In this document: positions 45,401 to 56,829 of the stretch, piece by piece
How the letters are laid out: the number at the start of each line of letters is the position of its first letter
Numbering within the stretch: position 1 is the stretch's first letter
Assembly: GCA_965644315.1 (NCBI GenBank)
Contig: CBFFRQ010000018.1
Coordinates: 1,178,001-1,242,000, forward strand
Direction of reading: 5' to 3'
Length of the DNA: 64,000 bases
DNA from: Caecitellus pseudoparvulus
Lineage: Eukaryota; Protista; Bigyra: Bicosoecida
The notes under the pieces: model-generated
The model's input: only the letters and a program-made list of their open reading frames with translations
Database searches by the model: none
Told to the model about the DNA's origin: nothing
Position numbers and translations under genes: made by a program

Positions 45401-47058
45401 GTGGGGAGAAGTCTGCCGCCGTGTCTCGCATCGCCATGCCGCCCCGCCTTCCCCTGTTCAGCCCAGAGGGGCAGGGGAGCGGCTGGGTGGCGCCGGGTGT
45501 GCTGTGGCTGGCGCCCGTGCCCATGCTGCTGCCACCCCTGCCGCCGCGTGTGCGGAACACGGCTGCCACGGTGGTGGGGGACGACCCCGTGTACCTGCCA
45601 GTGGACGATGGGCACCGCATGCGGCGCATGTACCCCGTCATCACGCTGCCCGTGAAGAACCGCGCCGACATCCCCATCACCGTGTCTGTGTGGGAACACT
45701 TCGCAGAGGTACACCCCGCGCTCGACTTCCACCGGCCCGCCAGTTGGGGCTACCGCCTGCTGGTGCCTGACGAGGTCAGCCACACCTTCCCCCCCAGGTC
45801 CGTGTCCACCGTCACGCTGGCGGCGGCAGACCCCAACTTCCTCAGCAAGACCATGATGGCGCCGGTGGCCCTGCACTGGCGCCAGCCCACACAGGCGGAA
45901 CACGCCCTGCTGTTCTCCGCTCTCCCCCGCAAGAAGTGGCTGCACGACCGCACGCCGCCCGGCATGCCCACGCCGGGGGATGCGCCGGGCAACCCCCTGC
46001 CCACCCTCATGCCGCCGCCACCCACGCCCCTCAGCACGGCGCACGCCACCATCATGGCAGCCGCCGTCACCTCCAAGGAGGGCAACTTGGCAGCAGCCCG
46101 CAACGGCGGGCGCCTGGCTGTCGGGCGGGCTTCCCAGCACGCCCAGGCGCTGTGGGACGACGAAGTCACCCTGGCCGGCGGCCTGACCTCCCTGCACGGG
46201 GGCGCTTCCGAGGCCATGGAGCATGTGCTGGCGTCCAGCCTGGCTGGTGCGGCGGGCGCCGTCCCCCTGGCCGTCTCAGACCTGGCCCTCAGCCGACACC
46301 CTGCCTACTCACAGCGGCTGCAGGCACACTCTGGCGCCAACAGCACTGCCAAGGCTGCCGGAGGGCTGCACTGGGCGGCCCCACGGGACCACAGGCGGCT
46401 GGGCGGCAGCGGCACCCCAGCGCCGCCCGGGCAGGGAACCGGCGGTGGCAGCACCGGCAAGCGCCGGCCAGCCTCTGCGGGGCCACCTCGGCGACAGCAC
46501 GTGACGCACGAGGAGGCTCTGGACAGCCAAGCAGCCTACTACGCCGAGCGCATCGCTGCAGACGCCGCCAAGACCCGCCCGGCGCCGCCGACACGGAGGC
46601 CCGCCGTCACACGACCAGCCAGCGCATCGCCACGCCGTAAGGCGCGACCTGCCTCAGCAAAGGCGGCTCGTCGCAAGGGCCGACCGACGTCCGCGACGCC
46701 TCGTCGCAAGAGCCGACCCGTCTCTGCCAAGAGCAGGGCCAAGCGAGCCCCCGTGCAGTTCCGGGAGCCGGAGGCTGAGGTGGAGGAGGGGGGCGGTGCC
46801 CCCCCCACTCGCCCTCTGAAGCCAGATGACAGTGACGAGGCATGGCAAGCGCTGTTCGACGCACACTACCAGAAGTACCCTGATGTATTTTCGCCCATAG
46901 CGCAGCAGGAGGGGGGCGTGGGTGCCTTGCCCCCCTTCGACGGCTTTGGGGAGGCCCCCTCCCCCAGCCTTAAGCCCCCCGAGCTACGAACGCCCTCGGG
47001 GCAGTCGCCCAGGCCCGCTCAGGCCCTGTTCACAGGGGCCTCAGAGCCAGGGTACTGA
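42428..47058 (+). CDS. Large uncharacterised protein with Cys/His motifs, RRM-like segment and urease-beta-like domain
   Basis: Exon 42428-42683 splices in frame to 42773-47058. Motifs WSCC..GC...H, WPCCG...GCRSGFH, CAQC...GCRYHPGFW; UreB-like segment at 45637-45825; repeated RPASA motifs. Confidence 0.7.
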
Positions 47059-47069
47059 ACGACGCCTGG

Positions 47070-48974
47070 CTAGGCCGACACAGGTCGAGCCTGAGCCGCC
47101 TGCCACGCCGCCCGGCGCTCCGCCAGCACGGCATCCCACTCGGCAAACCGACGCGCACTGAAGGCGCTGGCAATGCAATTGGCAGCGTACACCCTCTGTC
47201 GGTGCTCGGCCGCTGCCTGGGCCGCCTGGTTTGCCGCCAGGGCCCGCCAACCACTACCTCCTCCCGCCTCCTCAATCGCACGCGCCTCCGTCGCTTGGCG
47301 CAGAGCAGCTGCTGCTCGCCGCTGCAGTGCCTGGCTCGCGGCAGCCAGGGCCTGCTCACTCAGCCGAGGAGAGGCAGTGACAGCCTCCGCTGCGTCCTCA
47401 CCTCCCGTGCTTGCCTGCGCGCTGCGCTCCCTGACTCGGGCGGCGGCAGCGGCCTGAGCTGCGGCAATGTGTGGCGGCACGGTGCCACCGGTCGCGGCGG
47501 CAGTGGGGGTGGGGGGATCCGGTGCAACCCGCGCCTGGGCAGCTCGGCGCGCCGCTCGACGACCCGCCGCCCGAGCAGCCTTGGCAAGGGCTCCTGGAGT
47601 GTGCTGCGCCCCCCGCCGAGGTGGAGGTGCCTCTGCAGCCTCGGCAACGCTGGCGCTGTGTGCCTGGGCGGCGTCATCTGCGTTGGACGAGGAGGAGGTG
47701 GCGGAGGCAGGCCGAGGCGGAGTCTGCGGCCCAGCAGAGGATGGTGTGGAGGGGGTGGGTGAGGGGGCTGCTGCTGCCGCTGCCGCCTCTGCCCGCCGCC
47801 GCTGGGCCATGGTGGCGGCAGCCAGGGCGAAGCCGTCCCAGGCGCCAATGCTGGGCAATTGCTTGGCAAGCTCTGCCACCCGCGCAAACCCCGCCCCCTG
47901 GGGCACGGCGCAGTACACGGCTCTGGACCGTCGCCGTCCCAAAGCCCCTGGCCGCGTGATGGGGGAGGGGGGCGGGGGGGGGCTCTCTGTGGGCGTGGCA
48001 TGCTTCGGCAGAGTCAGAGTGCAGGGGCGAGGAGGGGGCGTGCCAGCCCCCTCGTCAGGGCTGGTCGCCGCGTCGGCAGCCTGGCCAGCCTCCGAGGGGG
48101 GGCGAGGAGCGGGGGGGGTGTCGCTGCTGCTCTGGCTCACTGGGCTGTGGGTGGGGGCGGGGGGTTCGACAGGCGGGGACGGCATGGGCCCACCCTCCGC
48201 GTGCAGGCCCACGTGGGGTGCCCCCCCCTCCTGCCGAACGCTGCGCAGGTCTGGCATCCAGTCGTCGTCCTCGCCCCCACCGTCGTCAGGGGGGGGCAGG
48301 TCCGGCCGCAGGGGGTCATCCGAGATCCACCGCGGGTCCTCCACCTGCTCCCCCCCCTCAGGCACGGGCGCAGGCGCGGGCGCAGGGGGCTCTGGACAGG
48401 GGCGGGTCTGCAAGGCCTCGGCGGCACGCTGGGCCGCCGCCCGCACCGCGCGCTGGATGTCCAGAAAGGTGACGCCGGCGCCCCTCTGGGGGGGGGACTC
48501 GGGCGAGGGGGGCGTGGGGCGTCGCTGGCGGAGCCTGAAGGAGGGCAGGCGTGGCTTGCGTGGAAGGGGGGCGGCCTCGGGCACGCCGCGCTGGGGCACT
48601 GCTGGGCCTGTGCTCTGTCGTTGGGCCTGTCGGTGGCGGGGGGAGGCGGCTGAGCTTGGGCCGGTTCGGCGGTGGGGCGCGAGCAGGCCGGGGGTGGCAG
48701 CGGAGGAGGAGGGGGGCACTGGCGTGGCCCACACCGGCAGCGATGGTCCACGCCCCCCTGTCGCAGGCGTGGACAGGCGCTGGGGGTACGGGAATGTGAG
48801 GCGGGCTGTGCTCCGGCGGCGACCTGCGAAGTCCACGGTGGCTGGTCTCTGAAGCTGAGAGGGAGGCGAGGCAGCCTTGGGCTTCAGCATGACCAGCGGC
48901 CCCACACCGACGCGCTTGATGCGTGCTGATATGGCATGGAGGTATGCGGCCCCGGGCAGGTCAGCGTGTGCCAT
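47070..48974 (-). CDS. Uncharacterised Pro/Ala-rich protein
   Basis: 634-aa low-complexity ORF. The 5' end is uncertain. Confidence 0.5.
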   Translation of the reverse strand: MAHADLPGAAYLHAISARIKRVGVGPLVMLKPKAASPPSQLQRPATVDFAGRRRSTARLTFPYPQRLSTPATGGRGPSLPVWATPVPPSSSAATPGLLAPHRRTGPSSAASPRHRQAQRQSTGPAVPQRGVPEAAPLPRKPRLPSFRLRQRRPTPPSPESPPQRGAGVTFLDIQRAVRAAAQRAAEALQTRPCPEPPAPAPAPVPEGGEQVEDPRWISDDPLRPDLPPPDDGGGEDDDWMPDLRSVRQEGGAPHVGLHAEGGPMPSPPVEPPAPTHSPVSQSSSDTPPAPRPPSEAGQAADAATSPDEGAGTPPPRPCTLTLPKHATPTESPPPPPSPITRPGALGRRRSRAVYCAVPQGAGFARVAELAKQLPSIGAWDGFALAAATMAQRRRAEAAAAAAAPSPTPSTPSSAGPQTPPRPASATSSSSNADDAAQAHSASVAEAAEAPPPRRGAQHTPGALAKAARAAGRRAARRAAQARVAPDPPTPTAAATGGTVPPHIAAAQAAAAARVRERSAQASTGGEDAAEAVTASPRLSEQALAAASQALQRRAAAALRQATEARAIEEAGGGSGWRALAANQAAQAAAEHRQRVYAANCIASAFSARRFAEWDAVLAERRAAWQAAQARPVSA

Positions 48975-49499
48975 GGACGGGGTTGGGTGGCCTGCGGTAA
49001 TCGGTGCTGCTCAAAGCATGAAGGTCGGACGCAGCAGCCAGGTCTGCACGGGACCCCAACCCCCGCAGTGCAAGGGGTCGTCACGACCTTCGTGTCACTC
49101 GGCAGGAGCTTATGCAGCGAGTGCACGCCGCCTTGAGAGCAGGGGAGGTGCCACAAGCGTGCGTGTGCGCAGCTCGGCACTGAGCGAGGCGGCTCAACTT
49201 GGACGGGGCCTGGAAGGCGCTGAGCACCCCCACACCCGAGTGCCGGCCTCCCTCCCAGCGCAATGTGGGGCTCAACTATTCAAACATGTCAAACTTCACC
49301 CCGTGCTTGTCCGCCTGCTTTCATGGTGCTTCACACCCCCCCCAGGCGTGTGCCGGCTGCAATTGAGCGGAAATAGGCCTTTGCCTCGCACGCCTTGCAC
49401 TTGGCCTGCGCTGCGCAGGGTGCCCACTGTGCCCAAGGCAGGCCCAGCTCTTGTGCGAGACAGCCGCCCGCTGCTGTTTGCATTGCCCCAGTGCCAGCC

Positions 49500-50299
49500 A
49501 TGGCCAGTGAGGCGCAGCCACCGCGCCCGAAGAAGGCCAAGGCCGCTGCCGACGGTACAATCATCAGGTACGGCCGCAGCGCCGTGCGCGGTGCCGCCTG
49601 CCGCCGCGGGCCACAGCCACTCGCCTGCGCCACAGTGCTGGCCGATTCACCGTGTTTCCTGAGAAGTTCATGGCTCTGTCCAGCTGGAAAGCCCTGGCCC
49701 CGGCCCAGGCCGCTGCCGGCGTGTCGGAGGAGCCTAGCACTGGCACACCGCCTGCGGCTGGGGGAGGCGGCGGGCTGGCGCGGGGCCGCACGCATGAACA
49801 GCAGGCGGCGCGTGGCAGGCGCAAGGAGAAGCCGGCAGCCAAATCATCCTTCCCCCGCCTGCCTGTGGACGACAAGTCGCTGCAGACGTCGCTGCAGGCG
49901 CTGAACCACGTCAGGCACATGCTGCTGAGCACGGCGGAGGTGGCAGGGCTGGACGTCACGCACGCCCAGCACCGCCGTGGGTCGGGCACTGCCAGCACGC
50001 CCCGTGGTGCTGCGACCTGGGCCCCGCCGGCCAGCAAGGCCGCTGCTGCGCCTGCGCCTGCCGTTGCTGCGCGCAGCGTGCCTTCCTCGGCTGCCGCTTT
50101 GACGGGCGCTGAGCGGCAGCGGCTGGCGAAGGACTCGGAGCTGGAGGAGATCAGGGAAGGCAAGCGCAGGGCAGACGTGAGGGTGACCCAGTTGGAGAAG
50201 GAGCTGGAGGCGGTGAGGGCGGAGCTCATGGTGGCACAGCAACGAAACCAGCGGGCGGAAATTGAGCGCAGCCAGCCACGCCCGCCTCCCCCTGGGTGA
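49500..50299 (+). CDS. Small uncharacterised coiled-coil protein
   Basis: MASEAQPPRPKKAK exon, probable intron from 49568, then ORF 49652..50299 with a C-terminal coiled coil. Confidence 0.5.
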
Positions 50300-50349
50300 C
50301 GAGGGCTACTCCATCCGCCCTCGCTGAAGGACAATGCAACAGTGCCGCA

Positions 50350-52809
50350 TCAAGTCGCTACAGGCACCCGCATGGGCTCGTTCCAGGCTGGAGGGGGCCA
50401 CCAGCTGGGGGGCTCCAGGTCCACTCTGTTCTCCATGTCGAAGCGAATGGCGCTGTTGGCGGAGCCGTGCTTGATGATGTAGGTGGGCACGCCCTCCCGT
50501 GGCTCCAGCCAGAACCAGGACCTGCCCTCCGTGTCCTGCGTCAGGGTTGGGTGGAAGGCGGCAAAGTACGCGAAGGCGCTGCCGTTGACCGCCCGAGCTG
50601 GGGCGCCGGCCGCCGCCCGGTCCTGCTCCCACCGCTCCAGGGCGGGGCCGTGCTGGTTCACCAGGCCCTCCTCCCAGATGTCCTCGCGGAAGTAGCGCTC
50701 AGGCACCCACCTGCCCTGCCACCGCCCGTGCGCCAACGCCCAGTGCACGATGAGCTTGTTGTACATGTCGAATGACGCGTGGCTGTGCAGGGCATCCAGG
50801 ACGTCCACTGGGAAACTCGTCAACCGCTCAGGCGTCACATGCACGTTGGCAGAGCTGGCCAGGGCGCCGGGGGGGGCCTCCTGCATGGCGCTCCACATGT
50901 CCTCCAGCAGGTGTGAGGGGTTGGCTTCCCGAGGCAGGGCGGGCAGGTCCAGGGCGGACGCCGGCGCGGGGGGCAGGTCCACGCCCAGCGCCACCCAGCC
51001 CGGGCCACGCTTGACCCGGCCGCCGTCGTCACGCACGGACACCATGAGGGCCGTCCCCGGCTCCACGTAGCTGGCTGTGAGGCATGCTCCATGGCACTGG
51101 CCCTGCACCTCCTCCAGGGGTGTGTCGTCGACGTCCCCCCGAGCGCCAGCGCGCGTCATGCGGCGGGGGCGCCAGTTGCGCCGTTGGCGTGTGGTTTGCT
51201 GGCGCAGGAAGGCCTCCCCCACCGTGGGACAGCGCCCCGTGGAGGCCTGCAGGACATCTGGAATGACGTACCGAGGCACGCCCACCCGTGACAGCCACGT
51301 GCCAAACCAGACGTCATCTGCCAGGTACACCAGGCGGCGTGTGGCGGGGGTCAGGCCAGGCAGGGGCGGGGGACGGGCGCCTTCCGGCAGCAAGCTTGCG
51401 TACCACTCCGGCAGGATGTCCATGGCGGAGGCGTTCCAAGCCCACCGCCGGAACAGCACCCCCGACACGCCCATGAGCACGTCGGCCGGCTCCGGCGCAC
51501 ACAGCACGGCGGCGCCACAGTGCCACTCCCCGAACTCTGCCTGCCACTTGTCCGTGCAGACGTCGTCCATGCCGTTGCGCACGAAGTCGTAGTTCCACCC
51601 ACCGTGCTGCCAGCAGTCCAGGCCCGCTGCACAGGTGATGTTCCAGCCGCTGAACCCCACCGCGGCGCCACCGGGCAAGGCCGCCGCGCCGTCCACTAGC
51701 TTCAGCACCAAGTGCCGGTCCGGCACGGCGTCGTCGTCCACCGTCACGATGCAGGTGTGCGGGTCCTCCTCCTGGAACAGCGCCCCGAACAGCTTGGAGG
51801 CGGGCCCGAAGTCAGCGGGCAGGGGCACGATGTGCAGGAGGGGGTGCCGCAGGAGCCACGCTGGCAGGGCATAGGGCTGCCCTGTGCGCAGGGAGAAGGG
51901 CGGCACGGCGATGTAGATGGCGTCTGGCAGGCGGCTTTGGGACACGAGCGCCTGCACCACATGCACCAGGTGCCCAGCGCGGGAGGGCAGGGTGGTCAGG
52001 CCCACCACCACACGGGTGCATGGCTGTTGGCGAGGAGGGGGGGACACGGGTGTAAGGAGGTGGGCGGGGATGGCGTGCAGGGCGGGTGGAACGGGCTGGG
52101 CATCCTGGTACAGCGGCAGGAGGCGTGTGGACAGGCCTGCCACCACCCCCGCCAGTGCGTGTGTGATGGCGTCGTCACCAGGTGACTCGGGCAGGCTGGC
52201 CTCTGCCGCCGCCAGCACCCTGTCCACGTATGCAGGGGCGAGGGGCTTCACCTTGGCCCAGGTCTTGCCCGGGGGCAGCGTGTCCAGCGCTTGGAGCAGG
52301 GTCATGTTGCCGGCGTGGTGTGCCGGGCTGGGCGGTGGCTGGTGCGGCGGGGGCTTGGCGGGGCCAGCATGCTCCAGCGCCGCAGTGGGGGCGTCCAGAC
52401 GAGTCTGCGCTGCACTGGCGTGCTCCACCACTTCGCTGGGTGGGACTCCCGACTGTGTGCCGGAGGAGGCTGCGCCGGGGGCGGGGCTGACGGAGGCGAA
52501 GGCGTGGGGGCGCTTGGTGGGGCTGGGGAGGGCGACAGCAGCCGCATGGGAGGAGCGAGGGGGCAACTTCAGCGCGTGGCCGGAGAGGGCCGGGCGCTCC
52601 ACGTGGCGCCCGGCAGGGGAGGGGTGCGAGACAAGTCGGTACGAGTTGGGGATGGGTGCTTGGGGAGGGGCGCCACTGCGCAGGGCCAGGCGGCCGGGGT
52701 CGGACAGCAGGGTAAGATTGAGCAGGAGGGAGAGGGTCAAGATCACCACCAAGATCGTCTTCCAGTTGAGGCCTGTCGGGCGCTGCCCTGCCCGGCAGGG
52801 CAGTTGCAT
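50350..52809 (-). CDS. Type II membrane GT-A-fold glycosyltransferase-like protein
   Basis: Transmembrane segment ILVVILTLSLLLNLTLL, Pro-rich stem, then VVVGLTTLPSR, LVSQSRLPDAIY, DFGPASKL, IVTVDDD, GVSGVLF, ADDVWF. Confidence 0.75.
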   Translation of the reverse strand: MQLPCRAGQRPTGLNWKTILVVILTLSLLLNLTLLSDPGRLALRSGAPPQAPIPNSYRLVSHPSPAGRHVERPALSGHALKLPPRSSHAAAVALPSPTKRPHAFASVSPAPGAASSGTQSGVPPSEVVEHASAAQTRLDAPTAALEHAGPAKPPPHQPPPSPAHHAGNMTLLQALDTLPPGKTWAKVKPLAPAYVDRVLAAAEASLPESPGDDAITHALAGVVAGLSTRLLPLYQDAQPVPPALHAIPAHLLTPVSPPPRQQPCTRVVVGLTTLPSRAGHLVHVVQALVSQSRLPDAIYIAVPPFSLRTGQPYALPAWLLRHPLLHIVPLPADFGPASKLFGALFQEEDPHTCIVTVDDDAVPDRHLVLKLVDGAAALPGGAAVGFSGWNITCAAGLDCWQHGGWNYDFVRNGMDDVCTDKWQAEFGEWHCGAAVLCAPEPADVLMGVSGVLFRRWAWNASAMDILPEWYASLLPEGARPPPLPGLTPATRRLVYLADDVWFGTWLSRVGVPRYVIPDVLQASTGRCPTVGEAFLRQQTTRQRRNWRPRRMTRAGARGDVDDTPLEEVQGQCHGACLTASYVEPGTALMVSVRDDGGRVKRGPGWVALGVDLPPAPASALDLPALPREANPSHLLEDMWSAMQEAPPGALASSANVHVTPERLTSFPVDVLDALHSHASFDMYNKLIVHWALAHGRWQGRWVPERYFREDIWEEGLVNQHGPALERWEQDRAAAGAPARAVNGSAFAYFAAFHPTLTQDTEGRSWFWLEPREGVPTYIIKHGSANSAIRFDMENRVDLEPPSWWPPPAWNEPMRVPVAT

Positions 52810-53206
52810 GCTGCGCCGGGAGGTCTGCCTGCGGTAATTGTCCGAGAGCCAGGCTAGCTCACGGGCCGAAGTGACAACCTTGCGCTGCAGAGCGGACAAT
52901 GTGCACATGTGCATCAAACTTTTTGGAATGTTTTCCAACTGCCCCAAGGCGGTTGAAGTTTGTGTGTGGACGAGGGGTGAGTGGACGGGCGCTGAAGGCG
53001 GTGGTTTGGCAGCTCGTCTCTGGCTTTCGGCAGTTGTGCCCGCTGGTCACATTGCACAACAAGCCAACCCCACCGCCAGCCGACTTGCTCGGTCTGTCAT
53101 GCGTCACACGCTACGCTTGCCCCATCATTTACCGTTTGCTGAGCCACAAACGGCGTGAGGCCCACGGCTGCGCCGTCACAGCTACACCTGCGCGTGCCTC
53201 AGCAAC

Positions 53207-55033
53207 ATGCGGCTGGGAAGTCTGTGGCTGGTGCTGGGCATCGTCGCGGTGGCAGGCTGCCTCGCAGCAGGGGTGGAAGAGAAGGACCCAGAGATCTTCG
53301 AGCCCACTCATGAGTGGAAGGAAGTGCTGGACCACCAGCAGGTGCCCGGTGTACGTGGGAGGACCGTGAAACGTGGCCAAAACGCTGCCACGTGGAATAC
53401 CCCCACCCCACCCCACTCACAGGGCCTCGCCATCCGGATGGACCTGGCAGAGGGCAAGAAGTACGCAAAGTTGATGGATTCTGCCGATGACAAGGGGTCG
53501 AGCGTTGCGCTGGCAGTGGATGGGACGGGTGGCGTGGTGGAGGCAGTGGTGCCGGACACGGCAGAGGTTGCGCCGGCTGAGCCAGACGCCGTGGACGACA
53601 TGATGCGCGTGATGGGGTCCCTCCCCGAACCCGACGAGTCCTTCCGCACGCTGCTGGCGCAGAAGGACTCCCTCAGCCGCGGCGAGCTGGGCAAGCGCAT
53701 GCGAGAGCTGTGGGCACGCCGCCAGGAGGAGCTGCGCGAGGCCATGGCCAGCATGAAGAGCGAGGCGCAGCAGATGGCAGACCTACTCACCAGCCTGCTG
53801 GCAGAGGACACGACGCTGGACGCGCGTCTGGAGCTGCTGGAGGACCTCACCTTCCACGTGGGCAAGGCTGACAACGCCCGTGACTTCGCCGGCATGGGCG
53901 GCTTGCAGGCGGTCGCCTTCCTGCTCAACGACACCATGCCCCAGGTGCAGGCCGCTGCGGCCGTGACGCTGGGCACGACGGTGCGGTACGAGGCTGCCCT
54001 GCAGGCCGCCGCGCTGGAGCTGGGCGTCATGCCCGTGCTGACGGCCAACATGCAGGCGGCGGCGGAGCGCGCCACACTGGCCGCCAACACCATGCGTGTG
54101 GCGCCCTCCATGGAGTCTGTGGAGGCCCGTGCCTTCAAGCAGCAGGTGGAGGTGGCCAAGCGCTCCATCTTCGCAGCCGGCGCGCTGATGCGGGGGAACC
54201 CTGACGCCTGCCGGGCCTTCACGGCAGGGGGGGGCCGTGCCGCCCTCACGGCTGTGTTGGGCGTCATGGCGCCGCCCCACGGCCACAACAAGTGGGTGCC
54301 CAGGGCGTGGCACTCGGCGCCCGACTTCGTGGGGACGCGCCTCATGCAGCTCATGGCCAAGGGCGCCATCCTGCTGGGGGACATCACGGCGGAGGCGCAG
54401 GGGGCGCCGAAGGGGGGAGAGGGGGACACGCCCCTCCCCTCCCACATGACCCTGCTCCCGGACACGCCCGAGGTGGACCCGGAGCAGCTGGACACGCCCC
54501 TGGGCACCCAGCGGGAGGTGCAGCGCACGGAGCGCGACGCGCTGCTGCTGGAGCAGGCTGCGCGGCAGGAAGAGAACCCGCCCCCGCCGCCCGACCACCC
54601 CCTCGCCGGCATGTACGACGACGCCATGTGTGGGCAGCTGGGCCAGGCCCTGGCCATGTGCCTGTGGGCGGGGCAGGGGCCCTCCGTGCCCTGTCCGCCC
54701 AGCACACAGGAGGCGCTCTTCGCAGCCCTGGCGCACGCCCTGGGCGGCTCCGCCCGCGCTCTGCACCGTCAGGGCGGCGACATCTCCGTGGATGGCACGA
54801 TGGAGCTGTCGGGCGGCCTGTTCGAGGCGCCCCAGTGCGGCGTGCCGGTGCAGGGGCCGGAGGCAGCGCCGTGGGTGGGGCCCCTGTACGCGGCAGTGAG
54901 CCGGGCAGCGGAGGATGTCCGTGAGGGCACCAGTGCCTTCCTGGCGTCCCGGGAGGCGTTCGAGGACCCGCTGCCCTTGCACCGCGCGGTGCTCTTCGTC
55001 GCCTCGACCATGGGCCTTGACGGCTCGGCGTGA
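53207..55033 (+). CDS. SIL1: ER nucleotide exchange factor SIL1/Fes1-like
   Basis: Signal peptide, FEPTHEWKEV...QVPG|GLAIRMDL.EGKKYAKL (probable 72-bp in-frame intron at ~53351-53422), LEDLTFHVGKADNARDFAGMGGL. Confidence 0.8.
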   Translation: MRLGSLWLVLGIVAVAGCLAAGVEEKDPEIFEPTHEWKEVLDHQQVPGVRGRTVKRGQNAATWNTPTPPHSQGLAIRMDLAEGKKYAKLMDSADDKGSSVALAVDGTGGVVEAVVPDTAEVAPAEPDAVDDMMRVMGSLPEPDESFRTLLAQKDSLSRGELGKRMRELWARRQEELREAMASMKSEAQQMADLLTSLLAEDTTLDARLELLEDLTFHVGKADNARDFAGMGGLQAVAFLLNDTMPQVQAAAAVTLGTTVRYEAALQAAALELGVMPVLTANMQAAAERATLAANTMRVAPSMESVEARAFKQQVEVAKRSIFAAGALMRGNPDACRAFTAGGGRAALTAVLGVMAPPHGHNKWVPRAWHSAPDFVGTRLMQLMAKGAILLGDITAEAQGAPKGGEGDTPLPSHMTLLPDTPEVDPEQLDTPLGTQREVQRTERDALLLEQAARQEENPPPPPDHPLAGMYDDAMCGQLGQALAMCLWAGQGPSVPCPPSTQEALFAALAHALGGSARALHRQGGDISVDGTMELSGGLFEAPQCGVPVQGPEAAPWVGPLYAAVSRAAEDVREGTSAFLASREAFEDPLPLHRAVLFVASTMGLDGSA

Positions 55034-55411
55034 GCGGGCGCCAGTGACGTGTGTGTAAGGGCAGCGGGGACTTCAACCCAGTGCTTGGTGTGAATGCATG
55101 TGGGGTGCCAGGTGCGGGGACAAAGCAGGGCCACCGTGCGTGCTGGGACGGTCACCTCGGCAAGGACGCCGCCGTCGAACGACGCCGGACGGCAACAGCC
55201 TCGCGGCAGGCACTGCGAGGCTGGCCAAATCACTCGCTCCAAGATACGACCTGCACCCCCATGTGATACCCTGCACGGTCCCCGGTGGCGCCTCCGTCCT
55301 GTTGCTTGGCCTGCCCCTCCCTGCTGCAGCTGCAAGCAGTGTCGCGCGTCAACTTCCGCACTCGGGCCCAGTCTTTGCCCGACCCAGGCCCTGCTCCGCC
55401 CAGCGCCCAGC

Positions 55412-56829
55412 ATGGACTACTTCAACAACTCCAAGCACTGTGACCTGGTGGTCACCGTGTCGTCGGTGCGTGCTGTGCGCAGCGGGGCGGCGCGAAGCAG
55501 GCACCCTGTCGCCCGTGGCGCGGTGCTGCAACTGCATCCACGCTCGCGCCCGCTCACAGGACTCCGAGGCGGACCAGCAGACCTTCAACCTGCACAAGTT
55601 CCCCATGATTTCCAAGTCCCGCTTCATGGACGGTGCGTGCACGTGCACGTTCGCACGGCAGGCGGCGCCCGCAGCTCGCGGCCACTGGGCTGCCTGGCTT
55701 GGCACCGGCAAAATCCGCACCTTCACTGGTACACCTGCGTACGCTCTGCCCTCCCCGCCCCACAGAGCTCGTGCCGCATGAGGCGCGCCCCAATGGGGAG
55801 CCAGCACGCATCAAGATCGACGGCTTCCCCGGCGGCCCTGCCGCCTTCGAGCAGATCGCCAAGTGGTGCTACGGCATCGACATCGACTTGACGGTGGACA
55901 ACATCGCCTTCGCGTACTGCGCCGCGCGCACCCTGCGCGTGCCGGAGCTGGAGAAGAGCACGGAGGTGTTCATGACGCAGGTGGTGCTGAAGGACATCGT
56001 GCGCTCCACGGCCGTGCTGCGCGCCGCCACCAGCATCCAGCACATGAGTGACGAGATGCTAGAGGGCCTCATCGGGCACTCCATCAACGCCATCGCCTCC
56101 ATGTTCGAGCACATCCCAGAGCTGAACACGCTGCCCACGGACGCCTTCAGCTGCATCGTGCGCACGGCGCGGGACCTGGGCACGGACAAGAAGGCGCTGG
56201 AGGCGTCCGTGGTGGCGTTTTGCGAGGCCAAGATCAGTGAGGGGCCGGGGAAGCTGGCGGTGGATGAATTCGTGGAGGTGGTGGCGGCGGCGGGGCGCAT
56301 CGACGACATGGGGCACTGCGAGGCGGTGTACCGCCTGCTGGAGGTCATGATGCAGCACCACACGTCTGACGCGGAGGCGGAGGTGATGTGCAAGGCCCTG
56401 CACGAGCTGGGCTTCTGGGTGTGCCTGCCGCACTCCGTCATTGAGCGCGCCTACTCAGACCGCAACGTGCCCGACCGGTACATCACCGTTGCCCTCATGG
56501 CGGAGAACCGGCACCTGCTGCAGGTGAACGAGCAGCTGTACGAGAAGGTGGAGCAGCTGACAGACCTGCTGCATGCCGAAGGCGGCGGCGGCGCCATGGT
56601 GCCTGCGGGTGGCAGCGGCGGTGGGCGAGGACGCCCCGCCCTCACGGCAGGTGCGCCCACGCCCGCCTCCACGGCGCCTTCCCAGTACTACGCACCCCCT
56701 ACCTCCACTGCTGGCGCTGCCGCGTACACCCCGGGTCCCTCCACTGCCGGGGCTGGGGCAGGGGGGGCAGCCACCACCCCCTACCGAGCTGCTTCAGGGG
56801 GGTATGGGGGTCCCGGGCGCGCCCAGTGA
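55412..56829 (+). CDS. BTB/POZ protein resembling the NPH3/RPT2-like (NRL) family
   Basis: Spliced: CDLVVTV|..FNLHKFPMISKS|..IDGFPGGPAAFEQIAKWCYGIDIDLTVDNIAFAYCAA. C-terminal AYSDRNVPDRYITVALMAE is followed by a coiled coil. Confidence 0.8.

Noticed and set aside
35249-46224. Long minus-strand ORFs (e.g. 36555..38576, 41953..44049)
   Set aside because: Shadows of the two large plus-strand genes; no independent domain signal.
42428-47058. Functional urease gene
   Set aside because: Only a divergent beta-like segment is present; no catalytic alpha domain or accessory genes were seen.
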